64,000 nt of DNA from Lytechinus pictus (Eukaryota), in NCBI RefSeq assembly GCF_037042905.1, contig NC_087252.1:8558001-8622000 (forward strand), in the 5' to 3' direction. Made by a program: the position numbers and the translations under genes. Below are positions 36,632-47,066 of the stretch, piece after piece (positions within the stretch are counted from its first letter, which is position 1; each line of letters begins with the position of its first letter). The notes below the pieces were generated by a model, which saw only the letters and a program-made list of their open reading frames with translations, did not search any database and had not been told where the DNA came from.

Positions 36632-38679
36632 CGCGTCTGTAACGTTGGCGAAGAACAATAGAAAACAAGATGGCGGCGTAAACATCGGGCAAGTCTCTTC
36701 CGTCTAATCATGATATTTTTCGCATTTTTTGGAATGAATTTCTTCTTCAAAAATAACGACGAGAGCGTAGAAATGTTGGAAATTAAGTTTTATCCCATGT
36801 ACATGATTTAGGTCTAACGTTAGGCTAGATCTTTTAGAAGGAAAGTAGAAATCTCGGGGCCGGGGGTGAAAGTTTCAAGTTTTGGCTTCCTCTGTGTGGG
36901 TATATGAGAAAGGATCCCTGGCTTCATATGAGAGTGACCTTACGAAGTTACGTTAGTAAATGATTTTCACTCTCTAGAAGCCGCCTGGCTAGGCCTACAG
37001 CCATTCCCGATCACGATATTTTGAAAAGTGGTGGATATATTGACTTCAAATGTGACTGAGAGACTTGTCATGACATTTGGGAACAAATATTGGTGATGAG
37101 GTATGCTGGTATTAATCGGCCGGTGCGAAACTGCATTAGCGCCCACCCCTGACCTGGCTACAATCATGACAATACAAACATCCTCACCGCCGCCATCAAT
37201 ATACTACTAACTTAGCCAGCCGTTGGCCGTCCCCGGCCGCGCACACCGCAGATCAGCCCCCACCCGATAAGCGATCGGGAACAACGGCAGTGCAGTGGCC
37301 GTACGGTAATGATTAAAAAGTCGAAGAAATTTAAGTGCATGCCGCGCCAAACTACGAAAAATGGATCTAACTTACTGTTTAGCCTGTTGTGTGAATGTCT
37401 TAAGAAGTCGTTGTCCGAATCTGATCCATATTCTGTTAGTTTTTGTTGAAATATTGACGGCCTTCTTCATCAAGCTTCGGGTTCAGCTGAGCAGTTACGA
37501 ACGTTTTTTTTCAAATGGCGGAACCGGAAACACGTATACGGTACAGTCCGTGCGTTGTATGTACGGGGAGCTCGGAGGGGGGGGGGGGGGGGTCTTACTT
37601 TTTACTTGGCAACCAGACAATTTGACTATTTTCGCCATCATTTATATATCATATTATTAACGTAAAGGAATTGAATAAAGTAAAATTCAAATATTTATTT
37701 CTTCTTCCTTTCTTTTTCTTTTCTATGTCTTTTAATTGTTTTCTTTCTCTTTATTCTTTTTTTTAATATAAGGATAGGATTTAAAAACATGTCTCACAAT
37801 TTTACTGAAAATATGTTATATAGGCCTACTAGTATGCAAGTAGGATGACAAAGAAAGCAATGAGGAAAATCACAGCTCCAATCCTATGTATTTTTAATTT
37901 TATTTCTTTTCAAAAACACACATTTTATCCTTTCTTGCGATCGAAGGAAAGATCCCTTTATAAGGTTCAAGTAGTAAAAGAAAATAATCTTAGATCAAGT
38001 GCCGGCAGGGTATTTTGATAAGGGGTGGAGGAGCAAGACAAGCAAATATAAAGATACCATTTTGAAGCGAAACATAAGAAAAGATAATAACTTTGCCAAC
38101 GAGGTAAAAAATAATATGATATCGGTTGTGACACTTTAAGGATGGAAAATAGTTTGAAAATATATAGATACAAACTTCATACAAATTAGAAAAAAAGAAG
38201 CAAAATAAACTGCCATCATATGTGAACAGAGATACAAGATTGTTCTTGCAATTAAAAAACATATTTACAAACTATATATAGCTTCGCATCATAAAAATAG
38301 ACTGAAAATATCCAAATTTATTTGATTTAAAAAGAAATAGATATAAACCAGCCTGGCTAACATATTGCAAGGTGGCAAAGATATAAACCGGGGATATAAA
38401 GCAAAAAATAGGCCTTAAAATGGAAATTAAATATCCTATTTTTAGTTTATCCTATTCCACCTGTAAAAAATATTGTGAATAGGAGAACAAATATTGAAGT
38501 AATTTTATTTATAATAATATATTTGTAAGAAAATAGGTCCTTTTTACTAAAAAAAAATAAATAAAAAAATAGATGGGAAACTTGGAAAAATGTATTTTCT
38601 CGCAATAAAAACTTTAAGGGGCCAGAATCGCATTAAAACTTGGTTATGAAACGTGTAAAACAAAATCTTAGATAGCATT

Positions 38680-39210
38680 TTAACTGAGATTTATTTTTTA
38701 ATCAACATTCAACGCTGAACTTTCTTATGTTAATTGTTTATCAATATTTTGTGAAAACAGATAGTGTGCACATCGTCATGAATATTAATTTGGTGGGCTG
38801 ATGATGTGACATTCCCATTTTTCTTTTTTAATGTTAGATATGAAATTATGATTATCTATTTTTCAATACATGTGTAAATAATGTGTCCCCATTGTAAAGT
38901 TGCTGCATTAAATAACTAATGCGGTTAATTAGTCGTCATTCCAATTGTTTAAGTTCTTGGTAGAAATATGTTGAATAAATCTAATTTCATATATTGTACA
39001 AAAGAACATGGGATATGACATCATCAGCCCACCTAATGAATATTCATGAGACATGCCTAAATAAAACTGTTTCATGGGAATATTGCAAATCCTTAAAATT
39101 CAACTTAACTTCGTTATTTGTCATCCGATTTTGAATAAATTTTAAGCATTTTGTTTTGTGAATTTTACTCTATTTATTGATTATCTCTAGCGTTGACCTC
39201 CCCTTCAATT
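38680..39210. mobile_element. Degraded foldback MITE related to 54795-55395
   Basis: ggtgggctgatgatgtgaca vs tgacatcatcagcccacc, and the shared catccgattttga...tttagcatt motif. Confidence 0.6.
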
Positions 39211-39959
39211 ATTTTCTTGTATTGTTAGAAAGAGATGGATGAAGTAGAATAATACGTTCATGCTTATATTTTTATTCATTACAATATCTCTTTGAAATTC
39301 AACCCGGCTTCCTCACAACCATTAAGCTCTAAGAGTGTTAGGTGTGTCCTGTATATTTCAACACGTACCCTTTTAAATATAGTCATTTTTTTATTATTCA
39401 TCCTGTTTTTTATGAAAAATAAGTGGCGAACAAACAAAACAAAAATGATAATTGAAATTTAAAAGAGCGCATGAAAAAGAAATAACCCTGAAAACGAACA
39501 ATAGTCCTCAAAATATAAGTTGCCCATTTTGGGGTCAATAATTTTTCGCATTTTTCAGTTCGCGCTTTGCTCCTAGTTTTGATCTAGTACGTATAGTACC
39601 CTTTCTCGTAGAAATAGAAGCTATCAAACTTAAAACCTCTGAGTCTCAGTAGGCATAACCCCCCCCCCTCGCTGATATAGACCTACACAATGGGACAGGG
39701 TGAAATATAATTTTGAAATAGGGCCTATATGTCACAATCTAGCTATCACAAAATTAAATTTTCATATAAAAAATTGTACTTTTTAAAATGAATGGTGCCC
39801 TTTTAAGCCATATGGCCTTCTAAAAATATAAGACTCAATACGCTACTGACCTCTCCCGAAACTGAAAAAAAAGATAAATCCCTCACTGGAAATAAAAAAA
39901 TTAGTCTGTGGTACAAACAGGGCTTCCATACAAGTACTGAAGGAAACTAATTTTTTCAT

Positions 39960-41046
39960 GTACTGTACCACAGAAAATACACCAGTAGCGTCTGTGATAC
40001 AGTTTCAGTCATATTTCTGGGGTGGCTGCATGAGAAGTACCGCAGGAAATTTTGAAAGTATAGCACTGGGGTTGCCATAGAATTTTAGAAGTGCCTATAT
40101 TGAGTCCTGCAGGAAATTTCAAAATTTTCATTTACCACAGAAGTATCACAGGGTTTTCATAGAAGTGTCTTTAATAGGATCGAGTACTGCAGGAAATTTC
40201 AAAATGTTCATGTACCACAGAAGTATCACAGGGTTTCCATAGAAGTGCTTAGTAATAGGAGTACTGCAGGAAATTTAAAAAATGTTCATATACAACAGAA
40301 GTATCGCAGGGTTGTCATAAAAGTACTGCAGGATATTTTAGAATTTTCATGTACAACAGAAGTACGACATAACTATCACAGAGTGATATTGTATACAGTT
40401 ATGTACAACAGAAGTATTACACAGGTACGACAGAGTACCATTAAGGTATTGCATGAAATTTTCATATTTTTATGTACCACAGAAGTAGAACTATCACAGA
40501 GTGATACCACAGGAGTCCTGTGGTAATTCCTTATACAGTTTTGTACAACAGAAGTATCACACAGGTACGACAGAGTACCATTAAGGTATTGCATGAAATT
40601 TTCATATTTTTATGTACCACAGAAGTATGACAGAACTATCACAGAGTGATACCACAGAAGTCCTGTTGTAATTCTATATACAGTTTTGTACAACAGCAGT
40701 ATCACACAGGTACGACAGAGTACCATTAAGGTATTGCATGAAATTTTCATATTTTCCTGTACCACAGAAGTATGACAGAACTATCACAGAGTGATACCAC
40801 AGAAGTCCTGTTGTAATTCTATATACAGTTTTGTACAACAGAAGTATCACACAGGTACGACAGAGTACCATTAAGGTATTGCAGGAAATTTTCATATTTT
40901 CCTGTACCACAGAAGTATGACAGAACTATCACAGAGTGATACCACAGAAGTCCTGTGGTAATTCTGAGGTACCGTCGTGTATGACAGAAGTATCACACAG
41001 GTACAACAGAGTACCACTAAAGTACTGCAGGAATTTTTTGTAAGGG
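39960..41046. repeat. Right subterminal repeat region including ~146-bp near-perfect tandem units
   Basis: actatcacagagtgataccacag recurs at ~40490, 40636, 40780 and 40926. Confidence 0.9.
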
Positions 41047-41059
41047 AATTTTGGCAGTA

Positions 41060-41865
41060 TTTAGTAAAAAAGGAAAAATAACTTGTTTAAAAGGTCTTAA
41101 CATGTGTGGCTAAGTTGTTTGCACTGTCTTTTAAAAGATTGAAATGTAAGACAAGTTTGGACATGAAGTGGAAGACTGTTGAAAATCAATGTGCCTTGAT
41201 AAGAAAACGATAGTTTCATATATTCAGAGCGTGGAGTTGGGATAAAAAGAGGGGTATTTGCAGCATTTCTTGTCGTATAATAAATTGGCCTGTTTGATAT
41301 TAGCTTCTTTAGATAATTTGGGGTAAGGTTATTAATTATTTTGAATATGATAATACAGTGATTAAACTTGATCCGTTGGAGAACGGATTGACAATTAAGC
41401 TTCTGCAGTAAGTATAAAGCATGTAAAGTAGATGTGTATCGGTCGGCATTGAGAATCATTTTTAGCGTAGCGACTCTGGGCTCTTTGTAGTCGTTTTTGC
41501 TGTGTTACCCTAGTCTGCTATGCAGACTCTGAATGGCTCGTGAAGTGGGATCTGCAGCTGGTTTGCGAAGCAAACCAGTCTGAAAGGGCGAGCGAAGCGA
41601 GCAGTTTCAGCTCCAGTAGACCTAGTCTGCTATGCAGACTCCTTGAATCAGCTGTGATACACACACACTGCAGATGTGGGTCTACAGTTGTAGACTAGTG
41701 TTACCCCAGATTACGGAACAATAATCAAGATGAGGGACAAACGTGGCAAAATACAGATCAATCAGTGTCTTTTGGGTTAAGTAGGGCTTAATCCTCCTAA
41801 TACAAGCAGTGGCCCGATGAAGTTTGCTTAACACACTGTTAACATGTTTTGTCCAGTCATTTTAA
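41060..41865 (-). mobile_element. L2/Crack/CR1-group LINE, 3' part of the RT ORF, interrupted by a MITE
   Basis: DWTKHVNSVLSKL...LYFATFVPHLDYCSVIWGN // QKRLQRAQSRYAKMIL...IFKIINNLTPNYL...SFSYQGTLIFNSLP...SFKRQCK. Confidence 0.88.
41511..41697. mobile_element. 187-bp insertion with TAG..CTA termini and 9-bp TSD (AcademH-like non-autonomous element)
   Basis: TAGTCTGC / GTAGACTA, TSD GTGTTACCC (41502-41510 and 41698-41706). A second copy of ctagtctgctatgcagactc lies internally at ~41622. Confidence 0.8.
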
Positions 41866-42404
41866 CTTTTCACTTGAAACAAATTGCAACAGAATTCATT
41901 CAAATTCAGAACATTTCTTTGAGGTCCATAAAAGACCATACTAAAAGTCCCAGAAAATCCGAATAGGGGAAAGTGTTCTAATTTGCATAAACATAATGGT
42001 TAGTTTTGGTCATATTCGCTCATTTGGTTTACGTAGCAGACGACGCTAGTGTATACTTATGTACTCAGACCTGATTGCAAATCATATCAATTCCGGCCTC
42101 GATACTACTATAAACATTGGCCTCCTCAAACCATAGCCATATCATAAATATCAGTATACGCAAATATTTACACTACAAGATCATTGTTACTGTTAACATT
42201 AAATGCATAAAGTCGATTCTGTTTGGACTGTATTAATTGTTTAACATGAAAGGGTCTAGGCACTGAAACTATCATGTGCTAGTCACGTGACGTTATACAC
42301 CAAAATAATGACATTTTCTGCTTGCTCGATCTCAGAGTTCAAGAGAAAAAATGAGATGTAGCTATTAGACCTGCCACATCCTATTATACTACTATTAAAC
42401 TACC

Positions 42405-43860
42405 GAAGTCACTCACCCCTTTTCCCTATTTTGCCAATTTATGGGAAAATCTGTCAATTTGGAGCCCCTAAATTGGGAAGGGGTCGATGCGCTGATAGAC
42501 GAAACCTATTAATCTTAAAGTGGTTTCAAAACAATAAAAGTTACTTAATCATAAAACAGAAATGTCTTTTGCCTGAATGGGGGCGGGGGGTCAAAAACTG
42601 CGATTTTGTTTTAATAAAGAGGGAAAGTAAGCGAAAAGGGTGGAGAGACTTCGGGAACCCCGAAGGGGGTATAGGCTTTGCTGAGCCAGCACTTCTTTAT
42701 ATGTAGTTGATGGAGGAAAATCTACTCTTTTTTATCTCCAAGTGGTTACGAAACAATGAAAGAGATTTGCTTTGGAGTAGAAACAACGTTTTGCCTCAAT
42801 ATGGGCTCAAAATTGGTAGATTTTCCCCATAAATTATAAATTAAGCAGGAGGGAAAGTAGGCAAAAAAGGGTGGGAGACTTGGGGAACCCCTGAGGGGAT
42901 AGGCTTCGCTGAGCCAGCACTTCTTTAGTCATATTATTAGCTGATAGAGGAAAATATTTTTTAAAAATCTCCAAGTGGTTACGAAACAGTGAAAGTGGTT
43001 TGCTATTTATCAGAAAAACATTTTTGCATCAATGAGGGCTCCGAGTTGGTAGATTTTTCCATAAATATGCAAAATATGGAAAAGGGGTGACTTCGGCAAA
43101 CCCCTGAGAGGTAGGGTTTGCTGTGACAGAACTTCTTTGCACGTAGCTGATGGAGGAAAATCTAATTTTTTTATCTCCAAGTGGTTCCAAAGAATAAAAG
43201 TGGTCTACTGCAAAGGGGGAAACCTTTTTACCTTTCACCTCAATGGGGCTCCAAAATTTTTAAAAGCAATGGGCAAAATACGCAAAACGGGTGGGGTGAT
43301 TTCAGCAGCCCCCTGAAGGATGTAGGCTTTGATATGCAGCACTTCTTTATACGAATCAGATACAGGAAAGGCTACTCTTTCGTTTCCAAGTAGTTTTAAA
43401 ACAATGAAAGTGACTTACACTATAGTAGTAACATCTTTTTGCCTCACTGAGGGCTCCGGATTTATAGATTTTTCCATAAATTGGCAAAATATGGAAAAGG
43501 GGTGAGTGACTTTAACAAACCTCGTAGAGGATAGGCTTTGCTGTGCCAGCACTTCTTTATATTTAGCTGATAGAGGAAAATCTTTTTTTCATCCCCAAGT
43601 GCTTACAAAGCAATAAAAGTGGTTTACTGCAAAGGGGAATTTTCAAAGAGATTGGCAAAATACAAGAAGGGGTTGGTGACTTCGGCAGACCCCTGATGGG
43701 GTAGGATTGACTGTGCCATCACTTCTATTTATGTAACTAATAGAGAAAAGCCTCCTCTCTTGCCTCCAAGTGATTTCAAGACAATAAAAGTTGTTTTTCT
43801 CTTTAGCAAAACACCACTTTGTCACATTGGGGGCTCCAAAAAGCACGATATTTTAATAGT
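42405..43860. repeat. Tandem array of ~210-bp diverged units (~6 copies) with an inverted lead-in
   Basis: The ataggctttgctg.gccagcacttcttt...ctccaagtggtt core recurs, with unit starts near 42638, 42868, 43083, 43289, 43498 and 43669. Confidence 0.88.
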
Positions 43861-44059
43861 TGAGCTACGGATAAGGGGGTCACTTTGACATGCTATTGCG
43901 GGACTATGCTTTAATGTTCTTTGACGTAATTGCATACAGCATGCAGAGCAATGCGTCCGCTAACTTTTCCAAGAGATTTCAGTAACATTAAAGTTGCTTT
44001 AATAGAAAACAGACCTTTGCCCACATATCAATTTAAGTAAAGGAAGAGAGCAAAAATAT

Positions 44060-44390
44060 CACAGCATTCCCCCTGCAGGCTATTCCTAAAGCACGCCCCC
44101 ATGAAGAACCCCATGCCCCCTGCAGGCGGCCATCACTTGCTCTTAAACATAATCCGTCATGCCCACTGCGTGCTGCCGCTATTAATCTCTATAAATTAAT
44201 CCACCATTCCCCATGCAGCTTACCACCGGTCATTCCAAAAAATAATCCGCCATGCCCCCTGCGTGCTGCCGCGCAAATTTTTCCAAATTAATCCACCATT
44301 CCGCCTGCAGCTTGTCACCTATTGCTCTAATCCGTCATGCCTCCCGCGTCCTGCCGTATAGATCTGCCATTCCACCTGCATGCTACAAAT
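44060..44390. repeat. Degenerate GC-rich minisatellite (aatccgccatgccccctgc motif)
   Basis: About 7 variants of ccat(g/t)ccccctgc at irregular spacing of roughly 45-60 bp. Confidence 0.65.
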
Positions 44391-46653
44391 ATATCCTGGG
44401 GCCCGTTTCTCAACTAAATCGGAGATAGTGACGTAATAAATCATCATCTTGATCGTCCACATGCGATTTTTTGTAATTACAATAATTATTCATAACTTCC
44501 TTTCTCGGGAATTGAATGCTTCATGTTATAAGTATATAAGATACATATTTTACCTCTATTAGTTTTCTTAGATGTGTTTTTCAATTCATATCACAATAAT
44601 TACAGTCTTATCTTAATTTTATATTTGACAATCATACTATTTTGTGACTAAGGCTACGTCTGAGCTGCTCTTTCTATCGATAGTATCGTTATTAATGGAT
44701 TCAAGTTTGGAATTCTTTTAATGCTCTCCACGGAGTGGAGAAGGTGCATACATCGTATGCGAGCATGGTAGGATCCGATGACCGGGGTAATGATATGTTT
44801 AAAGCGCTTAGAGACGTCGTTCCGATGTGATAAGTTCCAGATAAAAGAGATAAATGCGGATTATTATTATTATTATTGGTTCATTTTTTTTCTGTATAGA
44901 TTCGATTTCCGTTCATTTATTTCCCACGTTGAATTTTTATGTAAAAAATGATATCATGTCCATCTCACAATTTTCCTACAAAGTGCTTGAAATATAGGGC
45001 TTAAATTCACCATTTTTCAGGTCGGAATATCCAATATCTTAGGATTATGATTCTCGTTCGCCTCATCGATTTCATGATAAAAATGTATAAAGAATGCCCA
45101 GATTCTAGGTGTAATCTGAAACACGCGCCCTCATGTCTATTGAGATACGCAGCTTGTTCTGTGTTAAAAATATTGTCAAGTTTTAGATCCGAACATCAAC
45201 AAATTCGAACTTGCGTTTTGGACACACATTGTTACTGTAGGAAAGCTACCAAGCACTCATCCTCTTCATGATTTGCAAAACATAATAGATTATCCAGTTT
45301 TTAGGTCTAAATCTCGATGTTTTCCCCGCTCGCATCAATTACCTATCCTGTTTACGATTACAATAAGTGCTTAGAATTTCCATTCTTCAGGGAGAAACGT
45401 AAAAAGAATCAGCTCGCGCTTTGCGCTCACATTATTTGATTGTTGAAATATGTAACGCTCTGATCTGAAAATTTTGTTCAGGATCACAAACAAATTTTAA
45501 GACAAAATAGATAAAATTTGAAAAATAGCTCGCGCTCGCAATATTTGAAATATGAGATTGTATACTTATGTTGATTTATATTATAAAGCTAAGAAGTGAC
45601 TAACAGGACTAACCCTTCAAAGAAACAAAAAGAAAAGTCAGTTTAGATCGGCCAATCCGATATGGCTAGAACCCCCCCCCCCCTAATGAAGAAGGCTGGA
45701 TCCGCTGCTGGTATTGGCATGACAATTTCTTTTATCATTTTCTTTTTCTCTCCAATATTGTAAGATTGTCTTGACTTATTCATTCGTCAGATTTACGGCT
45801 TAATGTTTTATGTTAACTGTCGCAAAAAAGCAAACATATGTAGACAATTAATACATCGCAATATCGACAATTTCGATTGCAAAAACTGATTTTTTTTAAT
45901 GCAAATTCAAAAATATAATAAAATACTATAAGGCATTGCATCCTTAAAGCACCATATATGTGCAATAATTATTTGGGTTTTTTTGTTCATAAAGGATTCA
46001 TAATTTGAATACAACGGTGTAATGCTGGTTCTTGAAAGGCCTCCGCTCCCGTTGCGAAATTGTATTTTGCTCATTTCCTGAAAGTTTGCTAATTGAGGTT
46101 CAAAATTATTGTTCAATTACTCATACTGAAATTTTGAATAATTGCACGCAATTATTTTGGCTTAGAGGTAAAATCTTCATCGATTGTACGATTGCTACGA
46201 CGTTATAACGATTATATTCTGAATTTCATTTCATTTTGAGGGTTGCATATTAATGGATTAAAAAAACTTTATGGTTTAGATAATAGTGTCTTACTACGTT
46301 CCACTTGAAAAATCTGGTCACAGAAAACAGTCGTAAAGTGCATGGGCGGTGGCCTTTACAAACATTTGATCATCCTTGTTCTCCGTTCAGTTTGTTCCTT
46401 CTTTTCTGCCCATCGCCCCCCCCCCCCCCCCCCCCACTTCAGTTCTTCGATCAACTCCGTTCCCAGTGCCTGTCCGTTCTCCGTTCAGTGCTGTTCCTTC
46501 CTATCTTCCCATCGCCCCTCCCCTCTTGCCTTCAGTGTCTCTTTCTTATAATAGAAAAGAATCTGAAGCAATTAGGCCTGACAAACAAAAGTGCTAGAAG
46601 AGTCGAAATAGAATTAACCTTTGATTGACCGAAGTGAAACGTGCATGTATTAG

Positions 46654-47066
46654 AGGAAACCAAAACCCAAGAAGAGAAGCAATCTTATTGGAAAGAGTAA
46701 AATGAGAGGAACAATTAAAAAAGGTTTGATCAAAATCGGTTATGAAATAAGCAAGTTATGGACGATTAAAAAGTCTTGTTGTACTTACTATGTGGATCCT
46801 CAAATTGGCAAACGTGCTTCAAAATGGCTGATTTTGTGGACAACTCTCCATTTGTTTTGTACACATATTTTCAGATTTTCCCCTTTATTTTACATATTTC
46901 ACATTATCTCCTCCTGACCTTGACATATATGGTGTGGATCATATTTTCCCATGACATATGTTGTGCTCAGAAGGAGGCAAGATGCAATATGAAAGATAAT
47001 GAGGAAAATCTGAAAATTTGTGTACAAATTAATAAGATTACTTCTCTTCTTGGGTTTTGGTTTCCT
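46654..47066. mobile_element. Kolobok-like foldback MITE
   Basis: AGGAAACCAAAACCCAAGAAGAGAAG / CTTCTCTTCTTGGGTTTTGGTTTCCT, flanks ttag / ttaa. Confidence 0.82.

Larger units (their letters stand above)
29508..41046. mobile_element. 11.5 kb non-autonomous CMC (CACTA/EnSpm-like) transposon
   Basis: 26-bp TIR CCCTTACAAAAAATTCCTG(T/C)AGTACT (25/26 identical), AA flanking both ends, and extensive subterminal repeats at both ends. No transposase ORF visible. Confidence 0.85.

Noticed and set aside
29520..41046. Regularly spaced repeats suggestive of a CRISPR array
   Set aside because: Units are tandem without unique spacers, the context is eukaryotic, there are no cas genes, and they are explained as subterminal transposon repeats.
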